DNA from: an uncultured Candidatus Babeliaceae bacterium
Lineage (GTDB): Bacteria > Babelota > Babeliae > Babelales > Babelaceae
Direction: 5' to 3'
Length of the DNA stretch: 64,000 nucleotides
NCBI GenBank assembly: GCA_963704655.1
Contig: OY969927.1
Span: forward strand, 1,088,001-1,152,000
This document shows positions 19,619-29,631 of this stretch, piece by piece. The translations under genes were made by a program, and so were the position numbers. Positions within the stretch are counted from its first letter, which is position 1; every line of letters begins with the position of its first letter. The notes beneath the pieces were generated by a model. It did no database searches and had not been told where the DNA came from. It saw nothing but the letters and a program-made list of their open reading frames with translations.

Positions 19619-20590
19619 TTATGGATTTATTTTGAAGATCTCCAAGTGCCCGTCTTTAGAGCCGCTTGCTAAAAGGGCGCCGTCGTTACTAAATGCAATA
19701 GTATTAATTTCTGCTTCTGTTTTTGTGGATAATTCTCTCACAAGGTTATGGGAGGTAGAATTCCAAATTTTTATCTTATTGCCGTCTACACCTGCAAGTA
19801 GGTCATTAACATCATTGAATGCAACGCTATAAACAAAGTTGTCATGCTGAAAGGTGTGCATGAGTTCACCCTTTTCAGTATTCCATAGTCTGAGCGTTTT
19901 ATCATAGCCACCGCTTGCTAAAACATTTGTTCCCTTTTTATACGCCGTGCATCTAAGTATTCCAGAATGCCCTTTGAGTGACTCTAATTCTTGACCTGTT
20001 TGTATATCCCATCGTCTTACAAGGCCTTCAAGGGCTGCCCCATTTGTTATTATGGTATTTGCAGCGTTAAGGCAGATATTGTCAATCCATCGCCCTGGTA
20101 TTGTATTTATTTCTTTTAAAATATAACCAGTTAAAAGTGAGCGCACTCTTATCCATCGGTCTTCGCATCCATTAACGAGTGTTTCCCCATCAGAACTGAA
20201 TGCAACAGCACAAACTGTATTTGGTTCTTTAAATTCTTTTACAGTTGTACCATTATGAGCGCTGTATATTTTTATACTCCAGTCCGGTGCCCCAGTTGCT
20301 ATTGTTTCACTGTCAGGGCTAAATGCGATATTTGATTTAAAGATCGCGTCTTTTATGAATATCTTATTTGGGTCTGAAAGCATTTCTTTTGAAGAATGGT
20401 CATCAGGCAACCCATATAAGGTTATACTTCTATTTTCACGACCAACTGCAAGTTTTTTGTTATTAGGGCTAAATGCAACACTTATAATTTCCCCATGAAG
20501 GCCATCAAGATGAGTATTCATGCAAAATGAATTATTCTGAAAAAGCATTGAAAGACAAAATACTGTCAAAAAAAACATACTATTCCTCAT
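19619..20590 (-). CDS. Exported WD40-repeat protein
   Basis: FSPNN, FSPDS and FSSDG blades, LASGGYDKTLRLWN; signal peptide then MNT. Confidence 0.9.
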   Translation of the reverse strand: MRNSMFFLTVFCLSMLFQNNSFCMNTHLDGLHGEIISVAFSPNNKKLAVGRENRSITLYGLPDDHSSKEMLSDPNKIFIKDAIFKSNIAFSPDSETIATGAPDWSIKIYSAHNGTTVKEFKEPNTVCAVAFSSDGETLVNGCEDRWIRVRSLLTGYILKEINTIPGRWIDNICLNAANTIITNGAALEGLVRRWDIQTGQELESLKGHSGILRCTAYKKGTNVLASGGYDKTLRLWNTEKGELMHTFQHDNFVYSVAFNDVNDLLAGVDGNKIKIWNSTSHNLVRELSTKTEAEINTIAFSNDGALLASGSKDGHLEIFKINP

Positions 20591-20668
20591 GTAAGATAAC
20601 TGTTGCCGGTAAGCTTATATCGAATTTAAATTTTTACAAGAATGATTAGTAGGGTGTTGCTACATTTT

Positions 20669-21121
20669 TTATTGTGGTCTGAGGTATTCATGCGCTTTTA
20701 AAAGACTGTAGGAAACGGCAATAAATGTTGCCCAATAAGACACAGCTTCAGTTGTATTATTTTTATCCTGATGAAGATATTCAGAAACTTTATCTGCAGG
20801 CACAGCTCCTAAACCAAAACCTATTGCTCCTAGACCCAAGTCGAGACAATTTTGTCTATTGTATGCTGTTGTGCCAGCGGCTTTTTCTGGACCTACTGTC
20901 ATCTGTCCTAAAAGCTTTAGTGATGGCGCATCTTTTATAAAATAATTCGTTACTTTATATTCTCTGCCTAGACAGACAGTGGCAGCAAAAATTAATGCAT
21001 GAGTTAAGCCGCCGCAAGCGCCAGTTACAAAATGATTAGACGTATTATCTGCATGGGTATATTGTGTAAATCCTATCCCGATAACAGATAGATTTAATAA
21101 AAGAGTCTTTGAGAATTTCAT
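20669..21121 (-). CDS. Hypothetical Gly-rich membrane or exported protein
   Basis: Signal-like leader ending THA plus three hydrophobic Gly/Ala segments. Confidence 0.65.
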   Translation of the reverse strand: MKFSKTLLLNLSVIGIGFTQYTHADNTSNHFVTGACGGLTHALIFAATVCLGREYKVTNYFIKDAPSLKLLGQMTVGPEKAAGTTAYNRQNCLDLGLGAIGFGLGAVPADKVSEYLHQDKNNTTEAVSYWATFIAVSYSLLKAHEYLRPQ

Positions 21122-21196
21122 ATATTTCCTTATTATGATAATAATAGGCTGATTACCAGTGTAGTAAGATAAATCAAGATTTTTCAATTGTTTATT

Positions 21197-22451
21197 ATGT
21201 TTGCGTTAGTTGATTGCAATAATTTTTATGCCTCATGCGAGCGGATTTTTAACCCAGCATTAAAAAACCGTCCTGTTGTTGTGCTGTCAAATAATGACGG
21301 CTGCGTAATTGCACGCTCACAAGAAGCTAAAAATATCGGCATCCCGATGGGTGCGCCATTGCACGAATATAAACATCTTTTGCAGCAGCATAACGCTGCA
21401 ATTTTTTCTCCTAATTTTGCACTTTTATGGTGATATATCCTCACGCGTGATGAATACACTTGCAACATGTGTTGATGATATAGAAATCTATTCTATAGAC
21501 GAAGCATTTTTAGATCTTTCTGGGCACAATGACCTTGAATCTTTGGGTGCAATAATCCGTGAAAAAGTTCTAAAATGGGTCGGTATCCCTGTTTCAATTG
21601 GCATAGCGCCGACAAAGACATTGGCAAAGCTTGCAAATAAAATCGCAAAAAAATCACCGTCTGGTGTGTATGTAATTCATGATCTTACTGCGTTTCATAA
21701 AGATATTTTGCCCACTATTCCGGTGCAAGACGTTTGGGGCATTGGCGGCAGATTAAATAAACTCTTGCGCGGTTATGGCATATGGACAGCGGCAGATTTA
21801 ATGCGCGCAGACGATAGGTGGCTTCGTAAAAAACTAACGATTAAGGGCTTGCAGACAGCGTGGGAACTGCGTGGGATTGCGTGTCTTAAACTTGAGGACC
21901 TATGCGAGTCACAAAAATCGATGATCTATTCACGCACATTTGGGACCCGCATAACGTCTGTGGTGCATCTTAAGCAGGCAGTTTCTGAATATGTAACGCG
22001 CGCCGCAAGTCGATTACGTGAAAAAGAGTTAGCTGTCTCTACCGTAATGGTATATATCGCCACCAGTAAATTTACGCAAGAACGTTACGCACAAAGTGCA
22101 ACTTTTACCTTGCCTGTTGCCACAGATTATACTCCGTTGCTTATTGCCCATGCAGTAAATGCTCTTGAATCTATCTATGTGCAGGGGTATGAATACAAAA
22201 AGGCCGGTGTTATGTTTATGGATTTAAGCCCTAAAGATGAAAAACAGCAACCTCTCTTTTACGAATCGCCAGTTAATCAAGAAGTTTCAGATAATCTTAT
22301 GAAATCGCTTGATTCTATAAACCGCAAATGGGGAACTTCTACTGCCTATTTTGCCGCATCTGGTATAGAAAAAAATTGGCAATCTAAGCGTGAACGCAAA
22401 AGCGCCGCGTATACCACCAGTTGGCAAGAATTGTTAACGATTAAGATATAA
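21197..22451 (+). pseudogene. umuC: DNA polymerase V subunit UmuC with a +1 frameshift at about 21423-21426 (pseudogene or sequencing error)
   Basis: MFALVDCNNFYASCER..VLSNNDGCVIARS in one frame; YGDISSRVM, YSIDEAFL, GIAPTKTLAKLAN, YTTSW in another; CTTTTAT has one extra T. Confidence 0.9.
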
Positions 22452-22472
22452 ATACCGATCAAATCGCCTCTT

Positions 22473-22501
22473 TTGACACTTTTTTCAGGCCGGGTTATAC
22501 T
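22473..22501 (+). promoter_or_regulatory. Sigma70 promoter of the GH1 gene
   Basis: TTGACA-17 nt-TATACT. Confidence 0.7.
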
Positions 22502-22554
22502 GAAATATAATATTTATTAATATGATATAAATTTTTTAGTATAAAAGGTTTAAA

Positions 22555-23967
22555 ATGTCTTTAAATTATTCTAAATTCTTGTCTCTATCTGCCCTATTAT
22601 TTGTAGGGATTGTGTTTGCCCAAACCAAGCATGAGCGCTCTGCCGAGTTTTGGAATTGGGAAGAAATCTCAACTGAAGTTGTGTTTCCAGAGAATTTTGT
22701 CTGGGGCAGCGCAGTGGCAGAATACCAGGTTTCAGGTGCTGAACATTGCAAAGATGGCCAGTGGGTCGCTTGGGAAATAAAATCAAATATAGAGCGTTCT
22801 GGTAAAGCTTGCGATTTCTGGAACCGCTGTTTTGATGATATTCAGCTCATTAAAGATCTTGGGTTAACGTCTTTTAGATTCTCTGTTGATTGGTCTATTG
22901 TTGAGCCTGAACAGGGCGTCTTTAATAAAGAGGCTCTTGATCATTACGAACTTTTTTGCCAAAAATTATTAGAAAACGGTATTCAGCCGGTAGTAACGTT
23001 GCATCATTTTGTGCATCCACAGTGGTTTGAAGATCTTGGCGCCTTTGAAAAAGAAGAAAATATCGAATATTTTGTACGCTTTTCTGCAAAAGCTTTTGAG
23101 CGTTTACAGCCCTATGTGAAGTTCTGGTGCACTATTAATGAACCAAGCGTGTATATCTTTGGTGGCTATATCAGATCTGTTTTCCCCCCAGGTGTTTTAG
23201 ATTTACACAAAGCGGGTGTTGTTCTTGGTAATTTACTCAAAAGCCATGTGGCTATTTATGACCGTATTAAAGGTATGCAGGGTGGGCAAGAGGCCCAAAT
23301 TGGTATTGTACACCAAATGTTGCCCTTTAAGCCGTTCCATAAAGGTGGAGTTCGTGGGCCAATCGAAAGCTTTGTCTCTGGCATTTTAAACCATATGCTT
23401 AATGATTCGATTATGAACTTCTTTAAAACGGGTAAATATGTCTTTTGTGTGCCGCACTATGACGCTTTGGCAGTGTTGCCACGCGTGACCGCTGCAGTAA
23501 GGTTTGATGTTGAAAATCCGGTAAGAACACTCGATTTTTTTGGCATCAATAACTATTCTCATGTTCAAATTTCTATAAACTCTGAAAAAGGCTTTTCAGA
23601 AGGCTATCGCCCAGAAGATATTAAAACTGATATGCCGTATCCTTTTTATGCAGAAGGTCTTTATCACGCAATTGCAAAGGCGTCTGAACTTGGCGTGCCT
23701 ATGTACATTACAGAAAACGGCATTGCCGATGCACAAGATGATAAACGTGCATTATGGATTGAGCGCTATCTTTATGCGCTTAACAAGGCGATAGAAGACG
23801 GCTACGATGTGCGTGGTTTCTTTTACTGGAGCTTGCTTGATAATTATGAATGGGACATGGGCTACCCATTAAAATTCGGTCTTTATGAAGTCAATCTTGA
23901 AACGCAAGAACGTACCTTACGCGACGGTGCTCGCACCTATGAGCGTATTGTTAAGCAGAACGCTTAG
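22555..23967 (+). CDS. Glycoside hydrolase family 1 (beta-glucosidase-like) with signal peptide
   Basis: FPENFVWGSA, RFSVDWS, TLHHF, TINEP (acid/base), YITENG (nucleophile), WSLLDNYEW. Confidence 0.95.
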   Translation: MSLNYSKFLSLSALLFVGIVFAQTKHERSAEFWNWEEISTEVVFPENFVWGSAVAEYQVSGAEHCKDGQWVAWEIKSNIERSGKACDFWNRCFDDIQLIKDLGLTSFRFSVDWSIVEPEQGVFNKEALDHYELFCQKLLENGIQPVVTLHHFVHPQWFEDLGAFEKEENIEYFVRFSAKAFERLQPYVKFWCTINEPSVYIFGGYIRSVFPPGVLDLHKAGVVLGNLLKSHVAIYDRIKGMQGGQEAQIGIVHQMLPFKPFHKGGVRGPIESFVSGILNHMLNDSIMNFFKTGKYVFCVPHYDALAVLPRVTAAVRFDVENPVRTLDFFGINNYSHVQISINSEKGFSEGYRPEDIKTDMPYPFYAEGLYHAIAKASELGVPMYITENGIADAQDDKRALWIERYLYALNKAIEDGYDVRGFFYWSLLDNYEWDMGYPLKFGLYEVNLETQERTLRDGARTYERIVKQNA

Positions 23968-24003
23968 ATATCTTTTAAAGAATTTTATCACGTTATGTTA
24001 ATA

Positions 24004-24225
24004 TTAATTACCCATCAGGTGATTTAATATCTGATCATTGGTACAGTTATTTGCTGAATAGGTCCTGATAAATTGCCCTCTAGCGCAACTTTTTCCACAA
24101 TTGGTCGCTTTGCCCATTTTTTTTAAAATAAGAGCTATTTGTGATTCTCTTGCCGGTTTTGGGTATCTGCCTGCATTAAGGGATAAGGTAGTTATACTTA
24201 AGATAATAAATAAATAGTTTTTCAT
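24004..24225 (-). CDS. Small exported hypothetical protein
   Basis: MKNYLFIILSITTLSLNA signal peptide. Confidence 0.55.
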   Translation of the reverse strand: MKNYLFIILSITTLSLNAGRYPKPARESQIALILKKMGKATNCGKSCARGQFIRTYSANNCTNDQILNHLMGN

Positions 24226-24393
24226 GTAAGATTGGTTAGTTTAAATTGTTAATGTTCTATAGGGTTTTTTAGAATTATAACACTAATATTAAGTGCTGTA
24301 CAAAATTATATAAAAATTGTATTATTTAAAGTAAAGTGCAATTTCTATTAATTTTGGTGCGTTTAGCGCACTGTTTTCCAATTTTGAGTACCT

Positions 24394-26200
24394 ATGACAC
24401 AAAGAACAAGACCAAATATTCGTAATATCGCTATTATCGCACACGTTGACCATGGTAAAACTACCCTTGTTGATAAATTGTTGCGTCAGTCTGGCACAAT
24501 CCAAGATACCAGCGCTGATCGCGTCATGGACTCAAATGCCCTTGAAAAGGAACGTGGGATTACTATTTTAGCTAAAAACACCGGCGTTAAGTATGAAGAT
24601 TACTTTATTAACATCGTAGATACCCCGGGCCATAGTGACTTTGGTGGTGAAGTTGAACGTACCTTGCAGATGGTTGAAGGCTTCTTATTGCTTGTTGACG
24701 CGGCTGAAGGGGTTCTTCCAGGAACACGTTTTGTTTTATATAAAGCGCTTGAGCTTAATTTAAGACCTATTGTTCTTATTAATAAAATCGACCGTAAAGA
24801 TGCTGATATTGCTCATACAGAGAGCCTTATTAATGATCTTTTCTTGGATCTTGCCCGTAATGATAGCCAATTAGATTTCCCTATTTTATATGGCTCTTCA
24901 CGTCAGGGTTTTGTAACCGATGACCCAAATGTAATCACAACAGATATGAAGCTGTTGTTTGATACTATTATTAAAACTATTCCAGCGCCAAAAGAAGAAG
25001 TTGATGGTCTTCAAATGCTTGTAACCAGCATGGACCACTCAGATTTTCTTGGGCAAATTGCTATTGGACGTGTTTTTAGTGGTAAAATGTCTGTTGGTGA
25101 ACAGGTTATCTTATGTAAAGATGATGTAGTAAGCAGACCGACAAAGATTACAAAAATTTATAACTTCTTAGGTTTACAGCGTACAGAAACACAAACTGCT
25201 GAGTTTGGTGACATTATTGCCGTAACCGGTTTTAATGAAAGTGAGCCTGCTACTATTGGTACCACGTTATGTAACGTTGGCAACCCACAGCCGCATTCAT
25301 ATGTTAAAATCGATGAACCGACTCTTATCCCTTTATTTATCTGTTAACGATTCTCCGTTCAGTGGTAAAGAGGGTAAATTGCTTACCTCACGTCAGATTA
25401 AAGACCGTTTGGAACGCGAACTCAAAACAAACGTTGCATTACGTGTTGAGCCTACTGATTCTGCAGAAACCTTTAAAATTTCTGGCCGTGGGCAGTTGCA
25501 TCTTGGCATTTTAATGGAAAACATGCGTCGCGAAGGTTTTGAAGTTCAAATTTCAGCACCTGAAGTTATTTATCGCACTATTAATGGTGTTAAATGTGAA
25601 CCGATTGAATACTTGGTTGTTGATGTTATGCAAGAACACCAAGGTATCGTTATGGAATCACTTGGTAAGAAAAAGGCTGAGATGAAAAATCTTGAGCTGT
25701 ATGATAACGGCCGTGTACGTATTGAATTTGAAGTTCCTTCACGTGGATTACTTGGTTTCAGAGGCCAGTTTTTAACTGATACACGTGGTTCTGGTATTGC
25801 TACTTTTAGCTTTGCTGGGTATCAACCATATAAAGGTGATATTAGCATGCGTACAAAAGGTGCCTTAGTTTCTATGGAAAATGGCCCGTCAACAGATTAT
25901 GCGCTTAATATGATTCAAGAACGTGGTGTTCTGTTTATTAAATCTGGTGACCCTATTTACGAAGGTATGATCATTGGTGAAAACAGCCGTGCTGATGATA
26001 TGGACGTTAACCCATGCAGACTTAAAAAATTAACCAACATGCGTGCGTCTGGTTCAGATGATACGGTTAAAATCGAGCCGCCACGTAAAATGGAACTCGA
26101 AACGTGTATGGAATGGATTATGCCTGACGAACTTATCGAGATTACTCCGTTATCCGTTCGTTTACGCAAAAAGATCTTACGCGCGACGTTACGTAAGTAA
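24394..26200 (+). CDS. typA: Translational GTPase TypA/BipA with an apparent +1 frameshift at about 25321-25330
   Basis: [33 protein letters not shown]; second frame [30 protein letters not shown]. Confidence 0.93.
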
Positions 26201-26230
26201 AAGTCGACTTATAGGTTAGAATTAAATCGG

Positions 26231-26321
26231 GCCGCTCATCCTGATAGTTCGACAAGCTCACTACTAAAGGCACCGCCTGCCCGCCGTAGCCTTGGCGCAG
26301 GCTGGGTCGAAGGGTTAGCGG
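26231..26321. repeat. Nested palindromic repeat, copy B
   Basis: CCGCTCATCCTGA-TAGTTCGACAAGCTCACTAC-..-CCGCCTGCCCGCCGTAGCCTTGGCGCAGG-..-GTCGAAGGG-TTAGCGG. Confidence 0.85.
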
Positions 26322-26348
26322 TTCTTTGAAAAAATATAATATAAAAGT

Positions 26349-26375
26349 AAAGAGGGTCATAAAAGACCCTCTTTT
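26349..26375 (+). terminator. Terminator after typA
   Basis: AAAGAGGGTC-ATAAAA-GACCCTCTTTT. Confidence 0.8.
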
Positions 26376-26395
26376 GCTGTAAAAAAAGATACACT

Positions 26396-27187
26396 ATGAA
26401 AATTAATAAATTATTTATTCTATTTTTTTTCGCACTTACTTTTTCATCAAATCTCTTTTGTATGCAAAAAGAGAATAATAACCTTTTTTTAAAATTGCGT
26501 CAGAGAGAGACATTTGGAAAAATCCCTGAAGAAACCAAAGAGCATATAGCTAGATTTTTTGATAAAAAGTGTTCAGATAAAAAGTGTTCATTTGAAAGGG
26601 CTCTGAAGGATTATGATGATAAGCACACTGCAGTTGATGCATACAGTTTGTTTGTATTAAAAAAGGGTTGTTGCTTTGCCCTGTTAGAGCATGCAGTTGC
26701 CGCTAAGCGGGAGCAGATAATACATGATTTTTTAGACAAACAAAGTCTAGATACAACATGGTTAAGCGCTTTCGCTGCAATGTATATTCATTCTGTAGAT
26801 TTAACTAACGGTGATAATGCTTCTTTGTTTAAAAGAGTTGTAGTCGAGAGAAAGCCAGATCTTAATCTCTTGTATCCGATGCAAATGTTGCATTACCCAC
26901 AACGACTCAATCCTGAATTATATAACTATAAAACAACGCTCTTGCATGATGCTGCTGTATATAAAGACAAACATGTTGTTAAGCTTCTTCTAAGTTTGGG
27001 TGCAAATCCGAAAAATCTCGATGGTGAGGGTAAATCTCCGGCGGACTTACTTCGCCCTGAGGTGAAGAAAGAGGGACATATTAGTGCTAAAAGATTTAAG
27101 GATAATCTTGCATTATTGCAAGAGGCCAAAAGAAAACAAAGTGCGCGTTTGTTTGCAGCGGGAAAAAGAAGAAAGACAAACGAATAA
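26396..27187 (+). CDS. Exported ankyrin-repeat protein with basic C-terminal tail
   Basis: TTLLHDAA..VVKLLLSLGANP..DGEGKSPADL; tail KRKQSARLFAAGKRRKTNE. Confidence 0.85.
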   Translation: MKINKLFILFFFALTFSSNLFCMQKENNNLFLKLRQRETFGKIPEETKEHIARFFDKKCSDKKCSFERALKDYDDKHTAVDAYSLFVLKKGCCFALLEHAVAAKREQIIHDFLDKQSLDTTWLSAFAAMYIHSVDLTNGDNASLFKRVVVERKPDLNLLYPMQMLHYPQRLNPELYNYKTTLLHDAAVYKDKHVVKLLLSLGANPKNLDGEGKSPADLLRPEVKKEGHISAKRFKDNLALLQEAKRKQSARLFAAGKRRKTNE

Positions 27188-28084
27188 TACTACGAAATTT
27201 GATAATTATGAAAAATAATTTCTTTGTTTTATTTATGCTTTTGTTTTCATCAAATCTCTTTTGCATGCAAAATAAAAATAGTAATCTTTCTCTTGTTTTG
27301 CGCCAGAGAGAGACATTTGGAAAAATTCCTGAAGAAACTAAAAGGTTTTTAATTAATCTTTGTGAAACGGTTAGATTGCATGAGCGTTTTACGTGGCGAG
27401 ACAAATTTAATGATTTTTATGGAAAGCAACTTTGTTTTAAAGATTTAATAGAAAGTGTTAACCGAACTTACCGCCGTAATGCTTTCCCAGATTATTTATT
27501 AAAGCGCCAAGTAATTATACGTCAGTTTCTAGATACATATGGCTCAAATATAGAATGGATAAAAGCTTTTTTTACAGAGTATTTATTTGTTATGCATTGT
27601 ACTGCTGAAAACAGTAAAATTACGCAGAGATTTGATGATAAGGAAAAAGATTCGTATTTGCTAGAATTTGAAGAGATGAGTTCATTTTTAAAAAGGGTTG
27701 TGAGCGAAAGAAAATTGAGTGTTAATTTTTTATTTCGAGATTCGCCAGGTTATAATAATGACCACAGATCAACGCCGTTGCATGTACATTGCAGGCTAGC
27801 TCATAAATCTGGTGTTGAACTTCTTTTAGGTTTAGGAGCGGATGTAAAAATTCAGGATACAGATCATATGACCTCGGCTGATGCGCTGCGCAGGAAAATA
27901 AGGATCGAAAGGCAAATAGGGATCGAATCTGAACTAGATGCGATGTATGAAGAGATTCTAAAATTGTTGCAAGAGACTAAAAGAAAGCAAAATGCGGGTT
28001 TGTTTGCCGCGGGAAAAAGAAGAAAGACAAACGAATAATACTACGAAATTTGATAATTATGAAAAATAATTTCTTTGTTTTATT
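27158..28084. repeat. Identical 76 bp direct repeats at ankyrin gene junctions (27158-27233 and 28009-28084)
   Basis: GCGGGAAAAAGAAGAAAGACAAACGAATAATACTACGAAATTTGATAATTATGAAAAATAATTTCTTTGTTTTATT occurs twice. Confidence 0.95.
27208..28038 (+). CDS. Exported ankyrin-repeat protein
   Basis: STPLHV..VELLLGLGADVKIQD; same tail as the preceding paralog. Confidence 0.85.
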   Translation: MKNNFFVLFMLLFSSNLFCMQNKNSNLSLVLRQRETFGKIPEETKRFLINLCETVRLHERFTWRDKFNDFYGKQLCFKDLIESVNRTYRRNAFPDYLLKRQVIIRQFLDTYGSNIEWIKAFFTEYLFVMHCTAENSKITQRFDDKEKDSYLLEFEEMSSFLKRVVSERKLSVNFLFRDSPGYNNDHRSTPLHVHCRLAHKSGVELLLGLGADVKIQDTDHMTSADALRRKIRIERQIGIESELDAMYEEILKLLQETKRKQNAGLFAAGKRRKTNE

Positions 28085-28919
28085 GATGCTTTTGTTTGTT
28101 GCAGATGTTTTCTGTATGCAAAATGGTAAAGGCCATAAATCACTTACTCAATATTTACATGAGCGTGAGTATGGAAGTAGATTTACTCCGGATGATTGCA
28201 AAGAGACATTTGGAAAAATCCCTGAAGAAGAAAATGTTCGTATAGCTAGATTTTTTGAGACAAAATGTTCATTTGAAAAGTCGTTGAAGAATTATAATGA
28301 TAAGCGCGTTGAAGTTGATGCACACAGTTTGTTTGAGTTAAAGCGGATTTGCTGTTTTCAATTATTAGAGCATGCTAAGGCTCATTACCCTTATACTGCA
28401 AATCTAGATTATTTAACTAAGCGAGAATCGATGATACATGAGTTTTTGGATGAGCGCTGTGTAGATGATGCTGAATGGTTAAAGGTATTTGCTGTAATGT
28501 ATATTCAAACTCTTTACTATCCAGTAACAGATGTAAATGATGGAAATAGGACTTCTTTGTTTAAAGCAATTGCAATTAAGCGGAATCTAGATGTTAACTT
28601 TCTGTATTCGAAGCAGTATTTCTATCCACAATTGCGTAATGAAGAAACAACGCTCTTGCACCAGGCTGTTAAAGGTAGGGATAAATCTGTTGTTGAATTT
28701 CTTTTAAGTTTGGGAGCAAATCCAAAATTTCTTGATGGAAATTATCAATCTCCGGCTGAGATAGTTAGTGGTTATATTATGATGTTAAGTGATAAAAATC
28801 ATCACCGGACAACTTTGAAAAGCATTCTAAAATTGTTGCAAGAGGCTAAAAGAAAACAAAGTGCGGGTTTGTTTGCTGCAGGAAAAAGAAGAAAGATAGA
28901 GAATAATACAAAGTGGTAA
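28059..28919 (+). CDS. Exported ankyrin-repeat protein
   Basis: TTLLHQAV..VVEFLLSLGANP; tail KRKQSAGLFAAGKRRK. Confidence 0.85.
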   Translation: MKNNFFVLLMLLFVADVFCMQNGKGHKSLTQYLHEREYGSRFTPDDCKETFGKIPEEENVRIARFFETKCSFEKSLKNYNDKRVEVDAHSLFELKRICCFQLLEHAKAHYPYTANLDYLTKRESMIHEFLDERCVDDAEWLKVFAVMYIQTLYYPVTDVNDGNRTSLFKAIAIKRNLDVNFLYSKQYFYPQLRNEETTLLHQAVKGRDKSVVEFLLSLGANPKFLDGNYQSPAEIVSGYIMMLSDKNHHRTTLKSILKLLQEAKRKQSAGLFAAGKRRKIENNTKW

Positions 28920-29020
28920 AGCGCATAAATCGCATACCCAGTTTTGGCTTACTCAAAAAAATTCTTCGTGCTACATTACGTAAGTAGTGGATTAGATTAA
29001 ATAACTATAAAGGAGTAGTT

Positions 29021-29596
29021 ATGAATAAGTTTTTTAAATTAGTTGCTTTGCTGGGGGTTACACAGATTTTGAGTATGCAAGAAGGGTGGCAATTAGAAAG
29101 TCGCACCTTGCAAAAGCTTAATGAAATTTTTGAAGATCCGTGTACGCAAACCAGGTTGGAAAAGTTGTTACCTCTTATTAAGAGTAATCCAGGTTACATA
29201 GATATATTTTGGGGTGAATTAAGCAAAAGTTCAAGACGTAAAAATTTCCGAAAAACGCTTTTTGTGTCGTTAATGCTTGATTCAGCATTGCAGGGCCGGT
29301 TTGAGATTTTAGAAAAATTTACCAAGAAGGCTGGATTTAACGTGAATTTTTCATGTTTTAAGGCAGAGCAATTTAATGTGTTAACAACTCCAATTCATCT
29401 GGCAGTAGAGGAATTGGATGTTCCATTAATAGAGTTTTTACTCAAGCATAAAGCTGATATATCTAAACGTGCAGAGGGAAGCAATATAACACCATTAGAG
29501 TCATATGAGCGTTATGTTGGTTATTTAGAGCAATTGGGTCATCAGAAACCTAAAAATTATAAAGATATGATTAAACTTTTAACGCCAGGGCAATAA
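29021..29596 (+). CDS. Exported ankyrin-repeat protein, second family
   Basis: AGGAG RBS; TPIHLAV..LIEFLLKHKADI..ITPL. Confidence 0.85.
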   Translation: MNKFFKLVALLGVTQILSMQEGWQLESRTLQKLNEIFEDPCTQTRLEKLLPLIKSNPGYIDIFWGELSKSSRRKNFRKTLFVSLMLDSALQGRFEILEKFTKKAGFNVNFSCFKAEQFNVLTTPIHLAVEELDVPLIEFLLKHKADISKRAEGSNITPLESYERYVGYLEQLGHQKPKNYKDMIKLLTPGQ

Positions 29597-29631
29597 TAAC
29601 ATTTTGTATCATGATGATAGTAGGGGGATTC

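Noticed and set aside
13468-22451. Diversity-generating retroelement acting on the WD40 array
   Set aside because: No reverse transcriptase and no template/variable repeat pair with adenine-specific differences
26142-26360. 72 aa ORF, and likewise 32860..33222 and 63443..63664
   Set aside because: Spurious frames across palindromic repeats and neighbouring genes
27158-28084. CRISPR array or integron attC sites
   Set aside because: Only two copies, overlapping coding ends about 850 bp apart, with no cas or intI gene and no attC structure
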